From Armatimonadota bacterium (GTDB lineage: Bacteria; Armatimonadota; HRBIN16): a DNA stretch of 64,000 bases. Below are positions 48,076-57,985 of this stretch, one piece after another. The position numbers and the translations under genes are program-made. Every line of letters starts with the position of its first letter. Position 1 is the stretch's first letter. The stretch lies in assembly GCA_942492855.1 (NCBI GenBank), contig OW818647.1:1142264-1206263 (forward strand). Direction: 5' to 3'. The notes beneath the pieces are model-generated. The model did no database searches. It was not told where the DNA came from and saw only the letters and a list, made by a program, of their open reading frames with translations.

Positions 48076-50277
48076 ATGGATCGACGCAAGTTTCTACTCT
48101 CTGGGGCCACGGCTATCGGCACGGGCATACTCGGCGCAGCCGCAGTGGCTGAGGCCAAAGAGAAGGGTGCCGGGCAGACGCTCACACCTGGGCTAAGCAC
48201 CCCGGTCGTCACCCTGCCGCACCAGATGCACCTCTGCGATGACACCATCCGCCTCGCCACCAAGGCAGTGATGGGCGAATGGGGCCGCGAGATGAAGCCT
48301 CTGCCCTTTAAGCTGGAAGATAAAGTCGATGTCACCGGCATGAGCGAATATATGAAGTATGCGCACAGCATCCGGCTGATTTCCGAAAATGCCCCCCTCC
48401 GATTTGAACCCGGTATGCGCCTGATCGGCAGTGCCACCGTGCTGGAGGCCGCCGGACATCAGGTGCCGCTATACAACCAGAGCAGCGTCAGCCACACCAC
48501 GTTTGGCTACGAACAGGCCCTGAAATCCGGCCACAGCGCCATCCGTGCCAAGCTGGAAGCCCGTCTGAAAGACACTGACCTCAGCAAGAAACAGCGTGAC
48601 TACTTGGAGTCGATGCGTATCTGCCTGGACGCCTACGGTGCCTGGCACAAACGCAATATGGAATTGGCCGCGAAGAACGGCGCAACCCAGATCGTGGCCG
48701 CGATGAAACGAGTGCCCGAGATGCCCCCGAGTAACTTCTTCGAGGCCGTGCTCTCGCTGCACCTGAGCTGGGCGTGGACCCGCCTATGCGGCAACTGGAG
48801 CGGTATAGGCCGCATCGACAAGATGCTTGGCCCCCTGCTTGCCAAAGACCTCAATGCCGGTAAGATCACGCTGGATGAGGCCCGCGAGCTGGTGGCGCAC
48901 TTCTGGCTGATGGGTGCCGAGTGGACCCGTCCTGTCGGCCCGGGCAGCGGTGATGCGCAGTTTTACCAGAACATCATTTTGGGCGGGATCGACGAAAAAG
49001 GCGTAGAGGTCACCAACCCGGTCACTTACCTCGTGCTGGATGTGGTGGAAGAGCTTCGCATGAGCGACTTCCCGATTGCGGTACGTCTGAACCCCAAAAC
49101 GCCCGAACTGCTTCTGAAGCGCATCGCACAGGTGCAGCGGCTGGGCGGCGGGATCATCGCCACCTACAATGAGCCGGTGGTGATTGAGGCGATGACGAAG
49201 CTGGGATATCCGCTGGAAGAGGCGCGCAACTTCACCAATGACGGTTGCTGGGAGGTGCTGGTGCCGGGCAAAACCGCCTTCACCTACGTGCCTTTTGATA
49301 CCCTGCAGCTTCTTCAGGATGCCATGGGCCTCACAAACGCCAACGCACTGATCCCACAATACGCCAGTTTTGAGAACCTGTATGCGGCGTTCGAGCAGCG
49401 GCTGGCCACCCACGTCAAGTGGCATCACGATATCGCCGATGGCTGGCAGATAGGCGGCTTACCGGCCACGGTGCCCTCTCTGTTCGTCGAGGGCTGCATT
49501 GAGAAGGCCGCCGACTACAACGACCGCGGATCGAAATACTGCCAACTGGCCTGCCATGCCGGCGGGATGGCCGATACTGCCAATAGCCTGATGGCCATCA
49601 AACATGCCGTTTATGACGCCAAGCTGATCAGTTGGAATGACATTGTAACCGCCATGCGCAACGACTGGCGCGACAACGAAAGCCTGCGACGGATGATCGC
49701 CAGTCGAGTGCCCGCATACGGCAACGACAACGACCAGGCGGACGCCATGGCGCAGCGGGTCTACAACAGCTTCACCGGTTTGGTGGCCGAGACCAAGTTC
49801 CGCAAGGGAGTGTTCCGCCCGGCGGGTATCAGCACGTTTGGCCGCGAGCTTGAGTGGAGCCCGCTCCGCAAGGCCACCGCGGATGGGCATCACGCTGGCG
49901 ACATCTTGGCCACGAACTTCTCGCCATCACCAGGCACCGACAAATACGGGCCGACCGCGGCTCTGTGCAGCTACTGCAAGATGGACTTCACCAACATGCC
50001 CGGCATCGGCGCATTTGAGTTGAAGATCATGCCAGGCAGCGTCAAGGGAGAGAAGGGCATTCAGACGATGGTCAGCTTGCTCAAGGGCTTCCAGAAGATG
50101 GGCGGTTGCTTCCTGCATATTGATGTCGTGGATTCCGCCGTGCTGCTGGATGCTCAGAAGCACCCGGAGAAGTATCCCAACCTCGCGGTACGAGTGGCTG
50201 GATGGAGTGCCCGTTTCGCCACGCTGAACAAGCAGTGGCAGGATATGATCATCAACCGCACCCAGCAGGTGGTGTAG
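48076..50277 (+). CDS. Pyruvate formate-lyase-like glycyl radical enzyme with an N-terminal twin-arginine (Tat) signal peptide
   Basis: The C-terminal glycyl-radical motif is RVAGWSARFATLNKQWQDMIINRT. An internal GCWE motif marks the catalytic Cys. The N-terminus MDRRKFLLSGATAIGTGILGAAAVAEA is a Tat signal, and GGGAGG lies 6 nt upstream. The track ORF starts at 48019. Confidence 0.7.
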   Translation: MDRRKFLLSGATAIGTGILGAAAVAEAKEKGAGQTLTPGLSTPVVTLPHQMHLCDDTIRLATKAVMGEWGREMKPLPFKLEDKVDVTGMSEYMKYAHSIRLISENAPLRFEPGMRLIGSATVLEAAGHQVPLYNQSSVSHTTFGYEQALKSGHSAIRAKLEARLKDTDLSKKQRDYLESMRICLDAYGAWHKRNMELAAKNGATQIVAAMKRVPEMPPSNFFEAVLSLHLSWAWTRLCGNWSGIGRIDKMLGPLLAKDLNAGKITLDEARELVAHFWLMGAEWTRPVGPGSGDAQFYQNIILGGIDEKGVEVTNPVTYLVLDVVEELRMSDFPIAVRLNPKTPELLLKRIAQVQRLGGGIIATYNEPVVIEAMTKLGYPLEEARNFTNDGCWEVLVPGKTAFTYVPFDTLQLLQDAMGLTNANALIPQYASFENLYAAFEQRLATHVKWHHDIADGWQIGGLPATVPSLFVEGCIEKAADYNDRGSKYCQLACHAGGMADTANSLMAIKHAVYDAKLISWNDIVTAMRNDWRDNESLRRMIASRVPAYGNDNDQADAMAQRVYNSFTGLVAETKFRKGVFRPAGISTFGRELEWSPLRKATADGHHAGDILATNFSPSPGTDKYGPTAALCSYCKMDFTNMPGIGAFELKIMPGSVKGEKGIQTMVSLLKGFQKMGGCFLHIDVVDSAVLLDAQKHPEKYPNLAVRVAGWSARFATLNKQWQDMIINRTQQVV

Positions 50278-50367
50278 GGCGTAATACGTGTAGGGGCAAC
50301 CCCCGTGGTTGCCCCAAATAGTCACCAAAGTTACAGGGCACCCACAGGGGGGTGCCCCTACGTTTTA

Positions 50368-51234
50368 TTAGCCCCGCATCGCGCCTTTTTGCCCGCACAC
50401 AAGCGCGCCGCGCTGGTTCGCGGCCTCATTGATCGCCTCCAGGGATTCCCCCCGCCACAACGCCATGCTCATCGCCGCGGTGAAGGCATCGCCGGCGCCG
50501 ACGGTATCGACCACCTTAACCTGTAGACCCGGGTGCTCCGCGCTCTGATCTCGGGTGACCAGCAGACTGCCATTGGCACCCCGCGTGTAGGCGCACATTT
50601 GCAGATCGTAATCTCGGCAGAATCGTCTCAGTAGCGGCTCGGGTTCGGCATCTGGCCAGCCCAGCAGCCTGGTCACTGTCAGCAACTCCGCATCGCTGAT
50701 TTTGAAGACCGTGGCCACCTTCAGCGATTGCTCGATCAGCTCCCTGCTGTAGTAATGCTGCCTGAGGTTCACATCGAACACGCGGATACTGTCCTTCGGC
50801 ATCGCATGCACGAAAGCCATGATGCTGGCCCGGCTGACCGTGCTCCGTTGTGCCAGACTGCCGAAGCATGCGATCTGGCTGCTTTTAGCAAGCTCCAGAG
50901 CCTCCGGGCTACATGATATGTAATCCCACGCCACCCCCTCATGGATGACGAAATGCGCCACACCCTCATCATCCAACTGCGCTTCCGCGATGCCGGTGGG
51001 ATGTTCCGTGTCACGCTGAACATACTCCGATGACAGCCCGTTTTCCGCCAGTATCTGAATGGCCGAGTCACCCAGTTCATCACAGCCGACGCGGCTGATG
51101 ACCGTGCTCTGGCCGCCCAGGCAGGAAGCGTGGAACGCGAAGTTGGCCGGGGCTCCGCCCAGAGCCTTCCCCTGGGGGAGCACATCCCAGAGCAGCTCCC
51201 CGATGCCGCAAACGATGGGTTTGGCTTCTGTCAT
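50368..51234 (-). CDS. PfkB-family carbohydrate kinase
   Basis: GG motif near the N-terminus and the C-terminal DTVGAGDAF motif. Confidence 0.75.
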   Translation of the reverse strand: MTEAKPIVCGIGELLWDVLPQGKALGGAPANFAFHASCLGGQSTVISRVGCDELGDSAIQILAENGLSSEYVQRDTEHPTGIAEAQLDDEGVAHFVIHEGVAWDYISCSPEALELAKSSQIACFGSLAQRSTVSRASIMAFVHAMPKDSIRVFDVNLRQHYYSRELIEQSLKVATVFKISDAELLTVTRLLGWPDAEPEPLLRRFCRDYDLQMCAYTRGANGSLLVTRDQSAEHPGLQVKVVDTVGAGDAFTAAMSMALWRGESLEAINEAANQRGALVCGQKGAMRG

Positions 51235-52253
51235 ACGAGGTCCACGAACACCTTCATCGACTTATCGGCGGATTGCTCGATGAAATGATAGGCCTCCAGG
51301 AACTGCTCGAAGGGGAAGTGTTTGGTCTCCAGCGGAGCGGTTTGGATACGTCCGTCGGCGATCCACTGCACCGCCTCTGCGTAGTCCTCATGGCGATACA
51401 TCAGCGTGCCGACCAGGCTGATCTCATGCTCACCCATGTTGGCCATATCGATGGCTGGCTTCTTGCCGAAAACGCCCAGCACCACGATCGTGCCGCCTTT
51501 GCCGATGGTAGTGATCGCGGCGTTCATACTCTGCTCGGAGGCAGCGGCCTCCATCGCCAGGTCGAATCCCTCGTCACCGAACACCCGACGGCTGGCCTCG
51601 GGCAGCGTCTCACGCGAGGCGTTGCTGACCTCATCGATGCCCACCTGCTTGGCGATGTCCAAGCGGTAGTCGCTGAGGTCGACGATCAGAACCTTCTTGG
51701 CACCACGGACTCGGCACGCCTGGGCCGCAAAGATGCCGATGGGCCCTGCGCCTAGTACCACCACATTTTCGCCCTTGATTTTACCTGCCCGACCGGTGCT
51801 GTGAACCGCCACCGCCACGGGCTCTACGAAAGCGCCCTGCTCCAACGTGAAGTTATCCGGCAGCGGTACGATCTTGTCCGCCTCGGTGACGTACACATCC
51901 TGCGCCACACCGGGGGCCTGGAAGCCGCGCACCTTCAGCTTCTCGCAGACATTGTACTGGCCCCGCAGGCAGGGTCGGCATTGGCCGCAGACCTCTTGCG
52001 GGGTTGCGGTGACCTTCTGGCCGATGTGGATCCCGGTCACACCCGGGCCGATGGCCTCGATCACCGCGCTATACTCATGGCCCTGCACGATGGGGTAGCT
52101 GGTGAAGGGGTGCGTGCCGTGGTAGACGTGCATGTCGCTGCCGCAGATGCCGATCCGCTGAATGCGCATCGCCACCTGTCCTGGTCCAGGGGTCGGGGTG
52201 GGAACATCGCGAAACTCGATAATTCCTGGTGAAGTCATGATCGCTTGTCGCAT
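51231..52253 (-). CDS. Zinc-dependent alcohol dehydrogenase (L-iditol/threonine dehydrogenase-like MDR)
   Basis: The catalytic zinc ligand lies within GICGSDMH, the structural zinc motif is CGQCRPC, and the Rossmann motif is GAGPIG. Confidence 0.75.
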   Translation of the reverse strand: MRQAIMTSPGIIEFRDVPTPTPGPGQVAMRIQRIGICGSDMHVYHGTHPFTSYPIVQGHEYSAVIEAIGPGVTGIHIGQKVTATPQEVCGQCRPCLRGQYNVCEKLKVRGFQAPGVAQDVYVTEADKIVPLPDNFTLEQGAFVEPVAVAVHSTGRAGKIKGENVVVLGAGPIGIFAAQACRVRGAKKVLIVDLSDYRLDIAKQVGIDEVSNASRETLPEASRRVFGDEGFDLAMEAAASEQSMNAAITTIGKGGTIVVLGVFGKKPAIDMANMGEHEISLVGTLMYRHEDYAEAVQWIADGRIQTAPLETKHFPFEQFLEAYHFIEQSADKSMKVFVDLV

Positions 52254-52675
52254 AGTGTGAGCTCCTTATTGGGTGGAATGGCGAACGCTTAAGGATAGTA
52301 TACAGGGAGATAGGAGGCAAGAAGAAGAGGAGTTAGGAGAAGCTGGCGCATGGGGGCTGGCGGTTGTGTTATGGTGTTCTACCGCCTGCTTTCAGATAGG
52401 AGTTTTTAGCGGTTTATTTTTTAGGTGTATACAGGCACCCCAGCTGAAGCTGCACGTATATTTTGTTCTGTCGCCAATTCAACGCACCTACCGAAGCCTA
52501 ACTGCATGTGACATAAATCTCTCTATACAGCCTTCATAGTTGATGAATGTAGGGGGCATATACATATCGATTGCTGTTAGTAGATGTATAATCATACTGG
52601 CGGTCACAATCGGTCACAATACTGCCAAATACAATCTTTGTCAGACACAACTATTGAGGTAATGAGGTTATTGTT

Positions 52676-55300
52676 ATGTGTGATGTATATAGCGATATTT
52701 TAACATGGTCTAAAACCATTCCTGTATGGCAACGGGATGCTTTGCGCCGTCTTCTTAATGATTCACTGTCGCAAACCGACTATGATGAGTTAGTCGATCT
52801 TTGCTTGGTGGAAAATGGTATAGAATCTCAATTACCATCTCCTCTGTCATCTATCCCTCTGTCTGAAGATCATTTACCCGTTAGGGATGTCATTACTGGG
52901 CCTGTCACGCTGACATCGATACATCATGCAACGAATGTGAATAAACTAGACCCTTCGTCTATGTTGCAGTTCAATCCTGCTGGTCTGACTGTGATATATG
53001 GTATGAATGGTTCGGGTAAATCAGGTTATTCACGTATACTCAAACAAGTATGCCGGTCAAGACATTCTGATGTTCGTGTATATCCCAATGTTTATGATGC
53101 TGCCACTGCTACCGTCCCATCAGCCATTATTGATTATCAAAACGGGGCTCTACCGTCTAGTTGTTCGTGGTGTCACGGTCAGCCATCAGATCCTGCGCTA
53201 TCATCCGTAACAGTATTCGATTCTAGATGTGCACAGGTCTATGTCACCCATAGTAACGAGGTTGCATACCGTCCATTTGGCCTCGATATTTTGGATAAAC
53301 TAGCCGCTACTGTCGATGAATTAAAGCGCACAATCACATCACTTGCGAACAGTGTTGTAGTTGACGTGGTCATTCCTCCTGATAAGATCAAGCAACATCT
53401 AGCATCATCAGGTTTATTGCCCATCAACCACTCAACCGATATGAAACGTGTTCACGCGTCAGCACGATTTGATGCGTCAGATGAAACTGCGCTTAATACT
53501 CTCATCAAGCAAATGGATGTCGCCAACCCGACAGAGAAAATCGCAGAAATAAACATCATAATCAAGAACATATCAGAGTTACGTCTTCAACTAAAAACTT
53601 TGAATGGTTTATATTCGGATGAAGCCTATTCAGAACTATCTTCACATATCGAAGCCCTGAAACTTGCTCGTGAGATATACATACTATCTCAATCGGTCTT
53701 TATTGCCGATTTACCAGGTACCGGAACTGATCCATGGCGTAAAATGTGGGATCATGCTAGAGAGTTTCATACAAAGCATGCATATCCCGACAAGCCATTT
53801 CCGAATATAGATTCGGATGCGAAATGTTTGTTGTGTCAGCAACCTCTTGACACGCTTAGTCGCTCTAGGCTAAGTCGTTTTGAAGAATTCGTTTTGAATA
53901 AAGCTTCGTCTGTATTGGCAGATAGTGAAGCCACTATAGCCACTGACCAAAAAAAATACCTGGATAATCCGAATCTGTCAGTGGACGAAGCGCTGCTTAA
54001 AGTCATTTCGTCAATGTGTCCCAATCTTGACGAGGCGATTCGTATATTCATGGATAGTGTTAAGGGTGAACGAGAACGGATATTACCGAATATCGAGAGT
54101 TGCATTGATGTAAAATACACAAAATGTTGTTTCGACATCAAGCCGATAGACCGGTTAATCGCCTCCTATAACGATCAGATATCGGCTCTAGAGCAAGCCC
54201 AAAATCCGGGGGCATCTGCAGCTATGGAAGCTAGTCACCTAGAACTCATCACTGGTCAATGGTTACTTCAGAATATTGCATCCATAGATTCTGCATATAA
54301 CAAGTTGAAATATAAGCATTCATTGCTACAGATTGCCGATTCGCTACGAACAAACGCGATCACGACGCTATCTACTGCACTTTCTCATAAGTATATTACT
54401 GCCAATCTAAAAAATTCAATTCTCACAGAATGCGATGCGCTCAATATCTACAGCATGAAGGTTGTTGCGGAATTTACCGGTAATAAAGGATCATCGAAGA
54501 TGTCTCTAAATCTCGATCGTAAATTACTTACCAATGCACCGATCAATGACATCATTAGTGAGGGAGAATTCCGAGCCATTTCGTTAGCTACATTCTTCGC
54601 GGAAATATCCCAGTCAGATGATAAATCGGCCATAGTTCTAGATGACCCAGTTTCTTCCCTTGATCATCATTTCAGAAATCTGGTTGCCTCCAGGATTGTT
54701 CGCGAAGCTGCAAACCGTCAGGTTATCGTATTTACCCATGACTTAGTTTTTGTAGATAGCCTCATAACTGAATGCGACATTATGGATTATACGGCTCCTA
54801 CCATATATAGTCTTTTTTGCACAGGACTATTTACGGGCTACACAAATCCAGGCCTTCCCTTCATAGGAATGAAAGCTAGAGATCGCGTGGTCTTCCTTCA
54901 GCACCATGTTGATAGTATCCGTGACCTGTATGCTAATGATCCCAGTCAATATGAATATGAGGTATATGTTTTCTATAATAACGTACGAAGAACATGGGAG
55001 CGTGTTGTTGAGGAGTTGTTACTCAATAGTATTGTACTTCGCCATTCAGATTCTATTCAAACCGAAAGGTTGGAAAATCTGGCTGATGATATAACAAGAG
55101 ACGATTGGTTGAAAGTACATGGCAGTATAAAACGAGCTTCGGGTATCATCGAAGCTCATGACCATTCAAACGCCACTGGGACTCGTCTGCCACCTCCGGC
55201 TCAGTTAGTAGCAGATCTCAAGGTTATACGAGATTACATCACCGAACTTAATAGACGTGCTCGCAGCTCTCGAAAACAACTCCCTGCGTCATCCGGTTAG
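52676..55300 (+). CDS. AAA_13-family Rad50/SMC-like ABC ATPase with a coiled-coil insertion and a CxxC zinc hook (RloC/PrrC-like architecture). The C-terminal 230-aa domain is of unknown function. A defence-island protein.
   Basis: Walker A is GMNGSGKS, the zinc hook is KCLLCQQPLD in mid coiled-coil, the Walker B/D-loop is VLDDPVSSLD, and the H-loop is FTHD. The region is AT-rich. Confidence 0.65.
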   Translation: MCDVYSDILTWSKTIPVWQRDALRRLLNDSLSQTDYDELVDLCLVENGIESQLPSPLSSIPLSEDHLPVRDVITGPVTLTSIHHATNVNKLDPSSMLQFNPAGLTVIYGMNGSGKSGYSRILKQVCRSRHSDVRVYPNVYDAATATVPSAIIDYQNGALPSSCSWCHGQPSDPALSSVTVFDSRCAQVYVTHSNEVAYRPFGLDILDKLAATVDELKRTITSLANSVVVDVVIPPDKIKQHLASSGLLPINHSTDMKRVHASARFDASDETALNTLIKQMDVANPTEKIAEINIIIKNISELRLQLKTLNGLYSDEAYSELSSHIEALKLAREIYILSQSVFIADLPGTGTDPWRKMWDHAREFHTKHAYPDKPFPNIDSDAKCLLCQQPLDTLSRSRLSRFEEFVLNKASSVLADSEATIATDQKKYLDNPNLSVDEALLKVISSMCPNLDEAIRIFMDSVKGERERILPNIESCIDVKYTKCCFDIKPIDRLIASYNDQISALEQAQNPGASAAMEASHLELITGQWLLQNIASIDSAYNKLKYKHSLLQIADSLRTNAITTLSTALSHKYITANLKNSILTECDALNIYSMKVVAEFTGNKGSSKMSLNLDRKLLTNAPINDIISEGEFRAISLATFFAEISQSDDKSAIVLDDPVSSLDHHFRNLVASRIVREAANRQVIVFTHDLVFVDSLITECDIMDYTAPTIYSLFCTGLFTGYTNPGLPFIGMKARDRVVFLQHHVDSIRDLYANDPSQYEYEVYVFYNNVRRTWERVVEELLLNSIVLRHSDSIQTERLENLADDITRDDWLKVHGSIKRASGIIEAHDHSNATGTRLPPPAQLVADLKVIRDYITELNRRARSSRKQLPASSG

Positions 55301-55718
55301 TTGTTGTTTATCCGCCTGCCGCGGTATAAGTCACACCGCAGATACCCCATGTCGGTCCAAACCGGTAAGGGGCATGGCGTGCCGTCCCTGGCGCCCGCTT
55401 CAGCGGGCCACTCACTGATCAGCCGTGCGGTGAGGAAACCCGCTTCAGCGGGTGCCTGAACCCGCGGCCACCTGGCCACTCTACCAGTTGGTATTGGATC
55501 CTGCTAGTCGCCTCTACCATAGGTCCATGGGTGAGAATCTCATACCTCTCATATGGGGTGTCGCACTAGATGCTCTCGTCGTCAACAACGTGTATATAAT
55601 GTACTGGGTTTCGTTTCGCGGCTGAGATATGACGAAACTCTTAAACAGCCTAGTAGTGTTCTTCAGTGTATTGCGGTTTTCAACAAACGATCAGTTATGT
55701 TAATGATAAGGGCTAAAA

Positions 55719-56619
55719 ATGCATAATCCGGTAAGCATACCTGTTAACTACACAAAACCTCACATGAGTTATGATGATCAAGCGCATTTGCTTGTAAAAA
55801 GAGGATTGTCTGGTGATTTTACAAAGATCAAGAATGCACTTCAGTGCATTAACTACTACAGACTTTTCTGCATACTGGTATATATACCGTATAAATAACA
55901 ATGGCAAGGATATTCAGCCAGGAATCACAATCGATCATATTTTGGATTTGTATGAATTCGATCGAAACCTGAGGCTATTAGTTTTAGATGCCATTGAACG
56001 AATTGAGATTGCTTTACGTACAGACATTGCATACTATCATTCGAAAGACTATGGCCCATTTGGCTACATAAACTCGATATCTTGTAGCAAGGACACAGAC
56101 CTTATCGATCGATTAAGGCAATGCAGAGACAACGTCAATAATTCGCATTCTGATTTCTACCGCCACTATAGAGGAAAGTATCAGAACCAAGACTTTCCCA
56201 TCTGGATGTTGGTGGAGACTATCAGTTTTGATCTACTTGTGCGGGTATACAAAATACTTCCCAAACAGATGAAGTTCGCCATAGCTAATAAGTATGGCTT
56301 GCCAGCTCGCACATATAGCTCATGGATGTCAACACTGAAAAGTGTAAGGAATACATGTGCTCATCACGGCCGATTATGGAATACAAAACTATCTACAAGA
56401 CCACAAATGCCGGGTAATATGAGCACGTGGCAATCAAATATACAGGATAGTGATTCTATTTTCATGTTATTGACCGTATGCAAGTATTTTCTTGACTTCA
56501 TTGATCCAAATAATACATGGCGCCAGAAGGCGATTGATCTTATCAGCGTTCGTCCCAATGATCAGCTACAACAAATGGGTGTACCGCAAAACTGGGCCAA
56601 TAGCCCGATGTGGAAGTAA
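55719..56619 (+). pseudogene. Abi_2-family (AbiD/AbiF-like) abortive-infection gene with a +1 frameshift near 55860
   Basis: In one frame the N-terminus reads MHNPVSIPVNYTKPHMSYDDQAHLLVKRGLSGDFTKIKNALQCINYYRL. In the track frame (55813..56619) the remainder reads SAYWYIYR...RNTCAHHGRLWN, which carries the Abi_2 signature. Confidence 0.6.
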
Positions 56620-56827
56620 ACACCAGCATTTTTTCCAAATTTACATAAAATGTATTGACATTTTGTATTGCAAAGTGTAATATTAGAGATACGAACACTC
56701 TAACAGTCCAACGATTTGGAACACCAAATCTGGGCTCTGGCTTAGAGTATTTTAGGAAAACAATTATGCGGGCCAAAGCTCTTTGGCCCGCATTAATGTT
56801 TTCTTCACTGTATCATCTGATGATATA

Positions 56828-57217
56828 TTAAAAAGCCATCAGTTTCCCGGGTTTCCTCTTCTCTTTTTCGTCTCGTGTCTTTTCAAGAAAGTCGTGCCCT
56901 TGCCAAGTCAACAGTGTTTGTTTTGGCACTTTTTTAATATAGTTTGCCGTTTCTAAAAGATGAATATGGTAACTGACGATACGCTCATCATATTTACCAC
57001 GTATCTCATCGCTATCCATTATGCCATTCAGACTGTCGTGAACTTCAACATAGGCTAATAGTGCGGTAGCGAGGGTCATGTCACGGGTCATGTCTTTTCT
57101 CCTGATGTAAATTTGGAATTCGTTATCCACCTGTATTGTAACTGCGAATCTAGGTTTACACACCCCTATGTCGTAAATATACCAAACATCACATATCTCA
57201 ACCTGCACCGTTACCAC
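56828..57217 (-). CDS. Hypothetical protein (island gene)
   Basis: 129-aa ORF in an AT-rich island. I recognise no motifs. Confidence 0.3.
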   Translation of the reverse strand: MVTVQVEICDVWYIYDIGVCKPRFAVTIQVDNEFQIYIRRKDMTRDMTLATALLAYVEVHDSLNGIMDSDEIRGKYDERIVSYHIHLLETANYIKKVPKQTLLTWQGHDFLEKTRDEKEKRKPGKLMAF

Positions 57218-57343
57218 CGCGCGCTACCATAATGCTACATCCGCATCATTTTGCCCTTCTCCTCCGCTCTCCCCATTCGCCCTCCCTCGCCTTTTTCTGC
57301 TACAATACCCGTGGAATGCAAACGTCACTTAATGAGGGTTTCG

Positions 57344-57985
57344 ATGCCTGGAGCACCCACAACTAAAAGACAGTGGATTTATATGGATGAAGCAGGGGAC
57401 CCAGGCTTCAAACTAGGCAATGGGTCATCCTCGCACTTTATTCTGGGTATGTGCATCTTCGATGACCATACCGAGGCGGCGGCGACATCGCAGAGTATCA
57501 TCCAGGCAGCCCAACGTCTTGGCTACAAGGATGAATTCCACGGCAAAAATGCGCAGGCCACAGTAAGTACAGAGTTTTTCAACAGCATCGTGGCTCATCA
57601 CTTTAAAACTCGCCTCATTTTCGTGGACAAGAGTATTATATGGAGCCCTAACTTTAAATCAGACCCAAAACTCTTCTACCGGTCCATTGCAGGCATGTTC
57701 TTCAGGTATAACGGCGGCTTAATAGATAATGCAAAGATCTTCATCGATGGCGGTATAGATTCTAGGTTGGAAGCGGAAATAAAAACATCAGTGAACAACC
57801 TGACTTCTGGGCAAATACTGGATATCTAATTCGTTGATTCAAAAACCCACAGGCTCATCCAACTTGTCGATATGGTTGTCACCGCGGCCTATAAAGGTCG
57901 TATACATAAAAATCCTCGATGGCTCCAGCACTGGAACCAGCTAAGACGTGCCGGCCGTATAGATGATGAATGGTGGTTCCACTAA
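57344..57985 (+). pseudogene. DUF3800-family gene with an in-frame TAA at 57827-57829
   Basis: The N-terminal motif is WIYMDEAGDPGF. After the TAA the same frame continues for 51 codons as FVDSKTHRLIQLVDMVVTAAYKGR...WWFH*, which contains the DUF3800 C-terminal IQLxD motif. Confidence 0.55.
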
